This document shows positions 9,878-19,229 of a stretch of 64,000 nt of DNA, piece by piece. A program made the translations under genes and the position numbers. The DNA is taken from positions 38,224 to 102,223 of the IMG/VR virus record IMGVR_UViG_3300032291_003205; one strand, written 5' to 3'. The stretch is from a virus. The first letter of the stretch is position 1; every line of letters starts with the position of its first letter. The notes below the pieces were generated by a model. That model saw only the letters and a program-made list of their open reading frames with translations. It was not told where the DNA came from and made no database searches.

Positions 9878-10300
9878 ATGGAAAAAATAGAATACACTAA
9901 TCGTTACAATGATGTTTTTACATTCACTAAAACAGAGGATGGAAACATTTTATTTGAAGGAGAATTTAAATGGATGCGTTGTAGTTGGCCTAATGTTTAT
10001 GATAGAGCTTATGAAGCATATTGTGCTGATGCTGATACTGATGAGCGAATGACTTTAGGTGAATTTAAAACCGCTGTTCATGAGTATGATAAGGAAACAT
10101 TCAAATCAACCCCATTAGCTAAAAAATATCAAGGTTTAGTTTACTCAAATACAAAAGTAATTGATTCAATAGATCCAAGTGGGGGCCCATATTTACATAG
10201 TGGTTATGATATGGGAATGTTTGATAAATCATTTAAAGGAATGATTGTTGAAGAATTTAAATCAACTCCAGAAGGATATTTACTAATAATTAAAAAATAA
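9878..10300 (+). CDS. Hypothetical protein
   Basis: ORF; start after AAAAGTT-ATG. Confidence 0.65.
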   Translation: MEKIEYTNRYNDVFTFTKTEDGNILFEGEFKWMRCSWPNVYDRAYEAYCADADTDERMTLGEFKTAVHEYDKETFKSTPLAKKYQGLVYSNTKVIDSIDPSGGPYLHSGYDMGMFDKSFKGMIVEEFKSTPEGYLLIIKK

Positions 10301-10303
10301 GTT

Positions 10304-10660
10304 ATGGAAAACAATTTTATCTACAATTTAAGCGAGACCGAATATTTGGTATTTAAAACCCAACGAGATTACTTTGAACTATTCAGCGGACATGAAGGTT
10401 CAGAAACAAATAGTAAACTAGCTACCTACAAAGGTGGTAGATGGATATTTAAAGATTATAATCAAAAGAAACTATTTTGGTTTTTGTTTAGTATCTATAA
10501 AAAGGATTTTGGTAAAGCGCTTAAACAATATATTCGCTCACAACAAGAAAAACCTAAAACATTGATTTTTACTTGTGCTAAACGAAGAGTTGATATTAAA
10601 ATTACAAAAATGAAGCGTAATGTGTGGGATTGGTTTTATGGAACATTTTATGGCAAATAG
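10304..10660 (+). CDS. Hypothetical protein
   Basis: ORF in operon. Confidence 0.6.
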   Translation: MENNFIYNLSETEYLVFKTQRDYFELFSGHEGSETNSKLATYKGGRWIFKDYNQKKLFWFLFSIYKKDFGKALKQYIRSQQEKPKTLIFTCAKRRVDIKITKMKRNVWDWFYGTFYGK

Positions 10661-11744
10661 ATTAGACGAACAGTATCAAAGCTTACTCCAAGACATTATT
10701 GATTTTGGGGTTGACAAGCAAGATAGAACGGGAACTGGAACTAAAAGTATTTTTGGTTACATGATTCATCATAACATGAGGAATGGTTTTCCATTACTAA
10801 CTACTAAAAAGGTCCCATTCAAAACAATGGCTATTGAACTGATGTGGTTTTTGATGGGTGATACAAATATTAAGTATTTAGTTGATAACAATTGTCATAT
10901 TTGGGATGGGGACTGCTATAAGAACTATTTAAAACATTATAATATACTCGCTGAGGATTTAAATGAGTGGCAAAAAGAAAATATACCTCCTCTAACTCAA
11001 GAACAGTTTATTGATGCTATCAAAACAGACGAAGAGTTTGCTAAGAAGTGGGGTGAATTAGGACCAATCTATGGTAAGCAGTGGAGAGCATTTGATGAAG
11101 AGGAATGGGGCGGTATAGACCAAATAACAAACCTAATTAACGAGCTCAAAACAAATCCAGATTCAAGACGATTAATAGTTACAGCTTGGAATCCATCTTA
11201 TCAGCATCAAATGGTTCTTCCACCTTGTCATTATGGATTTCAAGTTTATACAAGAGAGTTGAATAGAGCAGAAAGAGTAGAAAATTACAACTCTATGTTT
11301 GAAAATAAAATAGACATACCATTCATAAAAGTAAACTTAGGAGACGTAATAGAAAATACTATTGATACAGCTTTAACTCAAGCTAACATACCAACTAGAG
11401 CAATCTCATTATCTTGGAATCAACGTTCCGTGGATGTGTTTCTAGGTTTGCCGTTTAATATTGCTTCATACGGTCTATTACTTGAGATGATTGCTCATGA
11501 GGTAAATATGGTGCCTGAACATTTAATTGGTCATTTAGGCGATACACATTTGTATTCAAACCATATTGAACAAGCTAAAGAACAAATCAGTAGAGAACCT
11601 AAAGAATTACCCACATTAAAAATGAGTTCAGGTCATAATTTTAGAGCAGCAATGGCTGGTAAAGTAGATGAAATTGATTTGAATGATTTTATTTTATTAG
11701 GATATGAACCACACCCAACAATTAAAGCACCTTTATCAAACTAA
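10650..11744 (+). CDS. thyA: Thymidylate synthase
   Basis: DRTGTGT, FPLLTTKK, LGPIYGKQWR, LPPCH, QRSVDVFLGLPFNIASY, GDTHLYSNH. Confidence 0.97.
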   Translation: MANRLDEQYQSLLQDIIDFGVDKQDRTGTGTKSIFGYMIHHNMRNGFPLLTTKKVPFKTMAIELMWFLMGDTNIKYLVDNNCHIWDGDCYKNYLKHYNILAEDLNEWQKENIPPLTQEQFIDAIKTDEEFAKKWGELGPIYGKQWRAFDEEEWGGIDQITNLINELKTNPDSRRLIVTAWNPSYQHQMVLPPCHYGFQVYTRELNRAERVENYNSMFENKIDIPFIKVNLGDVIENTIDTALTQANIPTRAISLSWNQRSVDVFLGLPFNIASYGLLLEMIAHEVNMVPEHLIGHLGDTHLYSNHIEQAKEQISREPKELPTLKMSSGHNFRAAMAGKVDEIDLNDFILLGYEPHPTIKAPLSN

Positions 11745-11756
11745 AAAATAAAAATT

Positions 11757-12329
11757 ATGAAATCAGAATTAGCAGAAAAATTATTTTCAATCTGCGGAAG
11801 TGCAGATTTGTATGCAACTTACGGTTATAATGATATTAAATCAATAACTCAGTTAACAGAAGAACAACGTATTGAAATTGAATCATTACTAATTGATAAT
11901 TTAGGATTTGATAAGATAGTATGGGTGGGACTACCTGCAGGTTTAACAGAAGATGGAGAAAAACCAATTGTTGTTAAAACTAGGAGAATTGTAGACCCAT
12001 ATGAAGAACTCCCTCATAAAGGTGAAGTAGGATATGTTTATACTATAACATTTACTCCAAAAATGTACGACCCGATGGAAATGTACCAACCTGTAAAAGA
12101 TGGATGTGTATTTACACCTACTACTTATAATCCAAAAACATTTGAACCTAAACAAAGTATCACTTTAACTTGGTCACCTGATTTTTATCAAGACATTAAT
12201 GCACCTGTTAGAACACATGAAGATGATAAACAAATGATTCGTGGTATGTTAGAAAAAGTATTAGATAATCCTGAGGAATATAGACCGGTTGGATATATTG
12301 GATGTTTAATAAGATATGCTGCTGTATAA
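11757..12329 (+). CDS. Hypothetical protein
   Basis: 190 aa ORF. Confidence 0.65.
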   Translation: MKSELAEKLFSICGSADLYATYGYNDIKSITQLTEEQRIEIESLLIDNLGFDKIVWVGLPAGLTEDGEKPIVVKTRRIVDPYEELPHKGEVGYVYTITFTPKMYDPMEMYQPVKDGCVFTPTTYNPKTFEPKQSITLTWSPDFYQDINAPVRTHEDDKQMIRGMLEKVLDNPEEYRPVGYIGCLIRYAAV

Positions 12330-12411
12330 CCCAACAACCAAACCCCCTTAAGTAATTAATTTTTAATATTAAAGTAATATAATAATTATACAATTTATTA
12401 TTTATAACTGA

Positions 12412-13095
12412 ATGAAAACACTTATCATTTCAGACCTTCATATAGGGTCTAAAGGTTGTAAAACAGAGGAGATTTTAGAGTTATTAAAAGACGAGTCATT
12501 TGAACGTTATATTTTAGTAGGAGATATAATTGATGGGTGGTTATTTAAAAAATATAAAAAATTCTCATACCAACATGCTCGAGTAATTAGACGTTTACTT
12601 AAATTATCTAAAAACAAAGATATTATTTGGATTTCAGGTAATCATGATGAGTTTTTACGTAAGTATACTCCAATTGAACTAGGTAATATTAAAGTAGTAG
12701 ATGAATTTATTGAAGATGGTATTTGGTATTGTCATGGAGACAAATACGATGGTATTGTTAAGATGCGTTGGTTAGGAATATTAGGTTCAATTGGTTATGA
12801 TTTAGCTATCATAATTGATAGATTTTTAAAGCGTTTTAATAAGAAAACTAGTTTATCTAAATACCTTAAAGATAATGTTAAAGCCGCTGTTTCGTTTTTA
12901 GTTGATTTTGAAAATGAAATGGTTCGTCAAGCTAAAAAACGTAAATGTCATACTGTAGTTTGCGGTCATATTCACACTCCAGAATATAAAATTATTGATG
13001 GAGTGGATTATTTGAATTGTGGTGATTGGGTTGAAAATTGTTCACACATTGTATTAGAAAATAATAAATTTAACTTATGTTATCAAAACAACTAA
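12412..13095 (+). CDS. Calcineurin-like metallophosphoesterase (LpxH / UDP-2,3-diacylglucosamine hydrolase-like)
   Basis: SDLHIG, GDIID, GNHD, HGD and GHIH motifs. Confidence 0.88.
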   Translation: MKTLIISDLHIGSKGCKTEEILELLKDESFERYILVGDIIDGWLFKKYKKFSYQHARVIRRLLKLSKNKDIIWISGNHDEFLRKYTPIELGNIKVVDEFIEDGIWYCHGDKYDGIVKMRWLGILGSIGYDLAIIIDRFLKRFNKKTSLSKYLKDNVKAAVSFLVDFENEMVRQAKKRKCHTVVCGHIHTPEYKIIDGVDYLNCGDWVENCSHIVLENNKFNLCYQNN

Positions 13096-13793
13096 CCATT
13101 GTAATTCCAACTTACAATGAGGGTAAATACATTGCTCGAACATTGTATGCTATTGCTGCTCAATCTAAAACTAAAGGTATTAAAATTATTATTGCTGATG
13201 CTAAATCAACTGATAATACTAGAACAATGGCTGAGACTAATGGGTTTGAATTAGGATTAAACTTAATGGTTATAGATGGTGGTTTACCTGCTGTAGGTAG
13301 GAATGCTGGAGCTAAATTAGCAACTACACCTTATGTTTTATTTTTAGATGCTGATGTAACATTTACTCACAGACATGCTATTAAAGAAGCGTTTGATGAA
13401 ATAGCAACAGGTAAATACGAAATGGTAGCAACAACACCGGTTTATAAGGGCGAGTTAGACATTAGAGCATTCATTATGTTCGGTCTAAATAAGTATGTAA
13501 CGTGGTTCCTATCTAAAACCGAACCATTTGCAATAGGTGGTTTTACAATGGTTAATAGACAAGTATTTAATAAATTAGGTGGTTATGATGAGAAAGCAAA
13601 ACAAAGTGAGGATTGGTTATTAAGTAAAAAAATAAAACCCCATAACTTTAAACTAGTATCAGAATTAATCACTCAGGACAATAGACGATTTAAGCGTTAT
13701 GGTTATTTTAGTATGGTGAAATTATTATATAATAACTGGAGGAATCGTAATAATACTCAATATTTTTACGAGGATCAGGGTTATTGGAAATAA
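13077..13793 (+). CDS. Family 2 glycosyltransferase
   Basis: IVIPTYNE, DAKSTD, GRNAG, FLDAD, GGYDE...ED. Confidence 0.9.
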   Translation: MLSKQLTIVIPTYNEGKYIARTLYAIAAQSKTKGIKIIIADAKSTDNTRTMAETNGFELGLNLMVIDGGLPAVGRNAGAKLATTPYVLFLDADVTFTHRHAIKEAFDEIATGKYEMVATTPVYKGELDIRAFIMFGLNKYVTWFLSKTEPFAIGGFTMVNRQVFNKLGGYDEKAKQSEDWLLSKKIKPHNFKLVSELITQDNRRFKRYGYFSMVKLLYNNWRNRNNTQYFYEDQGYWK

Positions 13794-13812
13794 TTATATT
13801 TATTATTAAGTT

Positions 13813-14145
13813 ATGTTAGAAGATATAAAAATCATTCACCTTAAAAGCAATGCCCAACAGCTTGAAACATGGATTGCTATGTTAAATGGGGAAATTGTAG
13901 GTCATATCTACATGGAACGTGAAGAAAACGCTAAAATTAAATTTTTAGATGCTTGGGTACATGAAGAACACAGACTAAAAGGTATATTTAGGAGATTGTG
14001 GGACACTAGATGGGAATATGTAACAAACAAATACAAAGGTTATAGTGTGTATGCTTGGTGTAAACCAGGTTCATTACCATTACTTTTAGAAAAGGGGTTT
14101 AGTGAGGGTGAAACGTGTACCTATGTTGAGAAAACAGTAGAGTAA
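13813..14145 (+). CDS. GNAT acetyltransferase
   Basis: VHEEHRLKGI (motif A) and LLEKGF. Confidence 0.7.
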   Translation: MLEDIKIIHLKSNAQQLETWIAMLNGEIVGHIYMEREENAKIKFLDAWVHEEHRLKGIFRRLWDTRWEYVTNKYKGYSVYAWCKPGSLPLLLEKGFSEGETCTYVEKTVE

Positions 14146-14594
14146 TGCGTATTTTGCTGCTTATATTGGTTTTATTTACGTTTAACAACGTATATAGTCA
14201 AATAACTATACCGGCAATGGCAAGCCAATACGCTAAAACAATTGACTCGGCTATAACGTTGGTTCAAAAAACTGATATAGAGGTTTATAATAGACTAGAT
14301 AGTGTTTGTGATGGGGTTGATTTATGGTTAGGTAGTTTTTCGTCTTGTAGTGACGGGATTATTTACATAAGTAGGAACGATGTTTTATTAGGTGTTCAAA
14401 ATGTAGCCGCTGTTTTGGTTCATGAAAGTAAACACTTATGGATTTGGCAACAACAAATCAAATTGGAGATTGAGCAAGAGGAGACAATGTGTTATAAGTA
14501 TGAGTTAGAGTTTTTAAATAAAATACCTAACTGTAGTTGGGAGCTTAAAAAACATGCTATAAATTTTATAATAGAGTTTGGCTCCCCAAAATAG
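14145..14594 (+). CDS. Secreted HExxH zinc metallopeptidase-like protein
   Basis: Signal peptide; LVHESKH plus downstream EE. Confidence 0.55.
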   Translation: MRILLLILVLFTFNNVYSQITIPAMASQYAKTIDSAITLVQKTDIEVYNRLDSVCDGVDLWLGSFSSCSDGIIYISRNDVLLGVQNVAAVLVHESKHLWIWQQQIKLEIEQEETMCYKYELEFLNKIPNCSWELKKHAINFIIEFGSPK

Positions 14595-14608
14595 GGTTCG
14601 TATATTCA
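14578..14608 (+). promoter_or_regulatory. Promoter TTG-N20-TATATTCA (ATG 4 nt downstream)
   Basis: Repeated motif. Confidence 0.7.
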
Positions 14609-14612
14609 CGGC

Positions 14613-14810
14613 ATGGAAAAAAATAATAAATCAGATAGTTTAGGTCTTGGAACAATTTTATTTTTGATTTTCTTAACACTTAAACTAGCTGGAATAGGTG
14701 TTGTTGCTACTTGGAGTTGGTGGTGGATATTTTCACCTATTTTGATTCCTTTAGCTGGTTTGTTGGTAATATTTATTATTATTGGAATAGCTACTTATAT
14801 TAATAGATAA
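14613..14810 (+). CDS. Small membrane protein (LKL...WSWWWI family)
   Basis: Two hydrophobic segments; motif common in phage membrane proteins. Confidence 0.65.
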   Translation: MEKNNKSDSLGLGTILFLIFLTLKLAGIGVVATWSWWWIFSPILIPLAGLLVIFIIIGIATYINR

Positions 14811-14812
14811 TT

Positions 14813-15043
14813 ATGACAAACGTTCCTATATTAGATCTACATGGTGTTTCACATAGTGATGCCTTGTTAATTGTTGAAGAATGGGCTATTATGTGGGATT
14901 ATCGAGTATTAGGTTTTCAAGGTAAAATCATTACAGGCAATAGCACTAAAATGAAAACACTAGCAATTAGTGCATTAAAAAAACATAAATTTAATTACCA
15001 AATTATGGGTGATGGTTCAATTTTAGTTTCAGGAACAATATGA
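14813..15043 (+). CDS. Stand-alone Smr domain protein
   Basis: LDLHG and IITGNS motifs. Confidence 0.7.
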   Translation: MTNVPILDLHGVSHSDALLIVEEWAIMWDYRVLGFQGKIITGNSTKMKTLAISALKKHKFNYQIMGDGSILVSGTI

Positions 15044-15462
15044 GCAAAGAATATAACGAGTGGTATTGGAGATTGTATAGGTGGATAAGATGGGAATTAC
15101 CTTACCAACACAAGTACATTAAGTACGGAGTTAAAAACCTATATAACTGGTTTTGGATCATTTGGAAGGATAGAGACTGGGACCATCATTATATTTTTGA
15201 GGTATTAAAATTTAAATTAGAAAAACAAGCCAAACATTTAGGTGAAAGAAATTGGCATGAAAGTTCTAAACGTGATGCTGAGTTAATGATGACTTGTGTT
15301 AGGTTGATTAATAAAATTCAAAATGAAGAATATTATGATGGGCTTTATAATTTAGATGAAAAGTCACCTGAAGTATTTAAAATAGTAATCGATAGACATA
15401 ATAAAGCTAGACGTTTATTATTTAAAATTCTGGAGCAAAAAATTGAAAGTTGGTGGGATTGA
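15040..15462 (+). CDS. Hypothetical protein (Trp-rich phage family)
   Basis: DRDWD...WWD. Confidence 0.65.
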   Translation: MSKEYNEWYWRLYRWIRWELPYQHKYIKYGVKNLYNWFWIIWKDRDWDHHYIFEVLKFKLEKQAKHLGERNWHESSKRDAELMMTCVRLINKIQNEEYYDGLYNLDEKSPEVFKIVIDRHNKARRLLFKILEQKIESWWD

Positions 15463-15463
15463 T

Positions 15464-15494
15464 TTGGAATCCCGAGAGATTATTCGTATATTCA
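15464..15494 (+). promoter_or_regulatory. Promoter TTG-N20-TATATTCA (ATG 4 nt downstream)
   Basis: Repeated motif. Confidence 0.7.
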
Positions 15495-15498
15495 CGTC

Positions 15499-16128
15499 AT
15501 GAAATTAGATAAAAATAGTAAATTCTACACACCACCAACGTTTAAACAACGTTTAGATAATATCAAGTATGGTATATTGTTTTGGAAAGGACGTAGTAAA
15601 GGTATGATTTATACTCGTAGTATTGAGTTAGATGATCTACGTTACATATTCTTTCCTAAAGGTTTTCATGAAAAGTATAGTTATTTAGGTTCTGTTCCTT
15701 ATAATGAGGACGGACCATATTTTAAAGCAATGCTTCCTTTAGTATTAGCAATGGATTATGAGGCAAGACCTAAGTTATGTCCAAAATGGTTCTTACGTTT
15801 CTTAGAAGTATTTGGTAACGATAGATCTATTGTTCGAGTTCGTAACCGGACTTTGCACGATCTACATAAGAAACTAACTAAAGGTATGCGTTTTATTGAT
15901 TATAAAACTAAATGGGAGGATTATGACTTACGTATTTCAATTAGTGCTCCTAAACATTTACAAGATCTAGCTGATGATATTGAATTTGGATATTACAGTA
16001 GAGGTAAACAAGAAGAGTTAGTAGCTGAAATAAAAAAATTAGACCCTAATGCTAGTATTATTTGGGGGAGTGTTGATAGATTAACAAAACAATTAGAAGA
16101 ATTAGAAAACAAACAAGATAATAAATAA
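15499..16128 (+). CDS. Hypothetical protein
   Basis: 209 aa ORF. Confidence 0.65.
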   Translation: MKLDKNSKFYTPPTFKQRLDNIKYGILFWKGRSKGMIYTRSIELDDLRYIFFPKGFHEKYSYLGSVPYNEDGPYFKAMLPLVLAMDYEARPKLCPKWFLRFLEVFGNDRSIVRVRNRTLHDLHKKLTKGMRFIDYKTKWEDYDLRISISAPKHLQDLADDIEFGYYSRGKQEELVAEIKKLDPNASIIWGSVDRLTKQLEELENKQDNK

Positions 16129-16134
16129 GAAGTT

Positions 16135-16818
16135 ATGGAAAATCAAAATAGTGTATGTTTTGTAGCTCGTATTAACGAGATTAAACCAATTGAAGGAGCA
16201 GACAATATCGAACTAGCAGTAATTGGTGGTTGGAACTGTATTGTAAAAAAAGGACAATACAAAGTAGATGATTTAGTAGCTGTAGCAACTACTGATGCAG
16301 TCATTCCTCAACATTTGTCTGATGATATGAATGTGACTAATTACTTACGTAAGGGTGGTCGTGTTCGTACTGTTAAATTAAGAGGTGTTTATTCCGAGTG
16401 TTTGATTATTCCTATTGAAAAAACAGGATTATTCAAATATGAGTTTACTGAAGGTAAAGATTTGATGGACATAATGTACATCTACAAGTACGAACCACCA
16501 GCAGTTCAAATCCAATTATCTTCAGGTAAGATTAGGAAATGTAAGGAGAATGAAGCTTTTAAAGTGTATTATAAATTTCCTAATATCAAGAATGTAAACG
16601 GTATGTTTAATGAATTTGATGAAGTAGAGGTAACACGTAAAATACATGGCACATCAGCAAGATATGGTATTGTTAGAAAAGTAGAATTAACTTTATTAGA
16701 TAAGGTTAAGTTGAAATTAAATAAGATGTTTGGTATTGGAGGTGATAGTTGGAAGTACTGCGATTATGAATTTTATATTGGTAGCCATAATGTTGTAAAA
16801 GATATACAAGATTTGTAA
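16135..16818 (+). CDS. RNA ligase (DRB0094 / Rnl2-like family), N-terminal half
   Basis: IKPIEGADNIE OB-like N-domain, VKLRGVYSE, adenylation motif I TRKIHGTS, ends just after GSHNV. Confidence 0.85.
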   Translation: MENQNSVCFVARINEIKPIEGADNIELAVIGGWNCIVKKGQYKVDDLVAVATTDAVIPQHLSDDMNVTNYLRKGGRVRTVKLRGVYSECLIIPIEKTGLFKYEFTEGKDLMDIMYIYKYEPPAVQIQLSSGKIRKCKENEAFKVYYKFPNIKNVNGMFNEFDEVEVTRKIHGTSARYGIVRKVELTLLDKVKLKLNKMFGIGGDSWKYCDYEFYIGSHNVVKDIQDL

Positions 16819-16838
16819 CTTTTATATATTTATGTCCG

Positions 16839-17555
16839 ATGGATATTTCGAGCAATATAGGAATTTATAAAATATTAAATCCTAAAGGAAGAGTATATAT
16901 TGGACAATCTACTAATTTAAAAAATAGAGAAAAACAATATAAAAACATAAAAGAATCTAAAGAACAAATAAAATTAAATAGATCTTTTAAAAAATATGGG
17001 ATTGATAATCACCTATTTGATATTGTAGAGTATTGTACTTTAGAACAGTTAGATGATAGAGAAATATATTGGGGTGAATTTTATAATGTATTAAAAACAG
17101 GTTTAAATTGTAGATTAGGTAGAGGTAGAGGATTAGTAAGTGATGATTTGAGAGAAAGAATGAAAATATCTAATAAAAGGAAAAAAATTAAACCTGTTTT
17201 ACAATATGATTTATATGGTAATTTTATTAAAAAATGGGAAGCAATTTCAGATGCTGAAAAAAGCTTAGGAGTTAATAATAATACTAACATAAGTGCTTGT
17301 TGTTTAGGAAAACAAAAAACAGCATGGGGTTTTATTTGGAGATTTGAAAACGGGGATATAGAGAAAAAAATAGAGGGAGTAAAACACACACAAGTAGTTG
17401 TACAATATGATTTAGAAGGTAATTTTATTAAAGAATGGGATAATATAAAACAAATTAAAGAAACATTAGGTTTTTCTTATTCAACATTATATGAATGTGT
17501 AAATGGAAGATGGAAACAATGTAGTGGTTTTATTTGGAAGTATAAAGAAATTTAA
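16839..17555 (+). mobile_element. Free-standing GIY-YIG homing endonuclease with two NUMOD1 repeats
   Basis: GIYKILN...VYIGQS; two VLQYDLxGNFIK.W...GFIW repeats; own TATTTAT motif. Confidence 0.88.
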
Positions 17556-17563
17556 AAATAAAT

Positions 17564-17594
17564 TTGGCTTCCTGAAGGATTGTTCGTATATTAA
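17564..17594 (+). promoter_or_regulatory. Promoter TTG-N20-TATATTAA
   Basis: Repeated motif; upstream of the mini-gene array and ligase C-half. Confidence 0.7.
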
Positions 17595-17624
17595 CGACAT
17601 AGAAAAAAGATAAAAATAAAAGTT

Positions 17625-17927
17625 ATGACAAACAATAAACAACAAACGGCAGTACAACTAATTATTGAAGCCTTGGACATTGAATGCAAATCAAGAGGAA
17701 TGAATGTGAATTGGGATATGTATTTAGAAATAGAGAAGAAACAGAGGATTAAAGACAAACTTGAATTGTCAGCATCTTTAGTTAAAAATAAAGAGCAACA
17801 ACATGAAACTACTTGGATAGCAGCACTTGACTATGGAATTGAAAAACTGAAAGGTTTAAATGATTTAGAATCTAAAGATGCTTTTGAACAATACTATGAA
17901 CAAACCTACGGAGGAGGTGAGCAATGA
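17625..17927 (+). CDS. Small hypothetical protein (MTNNKQQTA...TYGGGEQ family)
   Basis: Shared terminal motifs. Confidence 0.65.
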   Translation: MTNNKQQTAVQLIIEALDIECKSRGMNVNWDMYLEIEKKQRIKDKLELSASLVKNKEQQHETTWIAALDYGIEKLKGLNDLESKDAFEQYYEQTYGGGEQ

Positions 17928-17950
17928 CAAACAATAAACAACAAACGGCA
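17904..17950 (+). repeat. Gene-junction repeat ACCTACGGAGGAGGTGAG-(C/T)AATG-ACAAACAATAAACAACAAACGGCA
   Basis: 27-nt identity between 17625-17651 and 17924-17950; 18-nt identity between 17904-17921 and 18698-18715; variants at 18128, 18345, 19211. Confidence 0.85.
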
Positions 17951-18145
17951 ATGAAACAACACACATACGAAGAGTTAATATCTATTTCAGATAAACTTTA
18001 CAGAGAACAAAACCCAACAGGAACTATGTGTACACCAAATAGTGTATACATAACAGTAATTGAAAAGTGGTATCCTAAATATATAGAATCTAAAAGCGAA
18101 TTAGATTTCTATGACTACTGTATTAAAACCTATGGAGGTGAGTAA
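17924..18145 (+). CDS. Small hypothetical protein (MTNNKQQTA...TYGGE)
   Basis: Shared terminal motifs. Confidence 0.65.
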   Translation: MTNNKQQTAMKQHTYEELISISDKLYREQNPTGTMCTPNSVYITVIEKWYPKYIESKSELDFYDYCIKTYGGE

Positions 18146-18378
18146 TGACAAGTAAATATAAAATTGGTGACATCATAGTTACCCAAAGAGAATATTTACT
18201 CTTGTTTGATGAAGGTGAGGAGTATGAAATTGTTGATATTGAAAACAACTTGGGTGATTTAATGTATTATGTTTCTCATAACGGGAAAAGGATAGCAAGT
18301 TGGGGTCTTAAAGAATTTGAATTGGATATTCAATTTATAAAAAAACCTACGGAGGAGATAACAAATGAAAGTAAATGA
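18145..18378 (+). CDS. Small SH3-like hypothetical protein
   Basis: KYKIGDII...GEEYEIVDI pattern. Confidence 0.55.
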   Translation: MTSKYKIGDIIVTQREYLLLFDEGEEYEIVDIENNLGDLMYYVSHNGKRIASWGLKEFELDIQFIKKPTEEITNESK

Positions 18379-18718
18379 ATTAAGAATTGGAAATTGGTAC
18401 GACCAATTTAGCAATCACCACAAAGCAACATGGGCTACTTTAAAACAATTAGATGAAGCACCCAAATCTCAACTTTGGTGCAAACCCATCCCACTCACAG
18501 AAGAATGGTTGTTAAAGTTTGGGTTTGAGCGTAGACAGATTAAAGATTTAATAAGTTACACCTTGCCAAAATTAGAGTTGTATCAATATTCATCTAATAA
18601 CAATAAGATATTTTTTGAATATGCTGATGGGGAAATACAACTTAGATATGTCCACCAACTACAAAACCTATACTTTGCTTTGACTGGTGAAGAATTAACC
18701 TACGGAGGAGGTGAGTAA
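18365..18718 (+). CDS. Hypothetical phage protein (ELRIGN...PIPLTEEWLLKFGF...VHQLQNLYFALTGEEL family)
   Basis: Recognisable phage small-protein family. Confidence 0.7.
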   Translation: MKVNELRIGNWYDQFSNHHKATWATLKQLDEAPKSQLWCKPIPLTEEWLLKFGFERRQIKDLISYTLPKLELYQYSSNNNKIFFEYADGEIQLRYVHQLQNLYFALTGEELTYGGGE

Positions 18719-19035
18719 TGAGTCTTGACTTGAACAAACTTGCAAACAAACTTGATGAAGCGTTAAGCAATGAAACAAGCGAAACACTAAATAAATTTTT
18801 AAACGATAAAAGAATGGAAAACAACAAACAAACAACACCAGTTGTAGTAAAACAGCCCACAGGGGTAGCTATTAACACCGAAAATGTAAGCCCTGAATTA
18901 ATTAACCTTTTAACCCAAAACTTTGATCACTATGAAGATGATTATTTCGGTGTCATTGGGATGGATAACGGATCCGAAGAACATAAATCACTTATGGAAT
19001 CAATGTCTAAAATGGGTATGGAATGTAAGAAATAA
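18718..19035 (+). CDS. Hypothetical protein
   Basis: Contains an internal MENNKQTT copy of the array motif. Confidence 0.6.
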   Translation: MSLDLNKLANKLDEALSNETSETLNKFLNDKRMENNKQTTPVVVKQPTGVAINTENVSPELINLLTQNFDHYEDDYFGVIGMDNGSEEHKSLMESMSKMGMECKK

Positions 19036-19052
19036 ACAATAATAAACAAATT

Positions 19053-19229
19053 ATGATACATCAAGAATTAAATGAATGGGATGAAAATATAAAAGCATTT
19101 GTAAAAGAAAAACAAATGACTAAGGAAGTACAAGAAGAATTTTTAACGGAATACGACTCTCATCTATTTAGAGGTGGAATTAACGATGTTGAATGGTTCT
19201 ATAACGAATTATATGGAGGTAACAAATGA
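19053..19229 (+). CDS. Small hypothetical protein ending LYGGNK (58 aa, not in ORF track)
   Basis: MIHQELNEWD...YNELYGGNK*; ATGA overlap with ligase C-half. Confidence 0.6.
   Translation: MIHQELNEWDENIKAFVKEKQMTKEVQEEFLTEYDSHLFRGGINDVEWFYNELYGGNK

Noticed and set aside
16819-19225. Group I intron or intein in the RNA ligase
   Set aside because: Only 20 nt separate the ligase stop from the endonuclease start; no P/Q/R/S core or intein motifs; the insert is full of independent ORFs
17625-19229. CRISPR array or integron attC cassettes
   Set aside because: Repeats are degenerate, non-palindromic, irregularly spaced and coding; no cas cluster or integrase in the window
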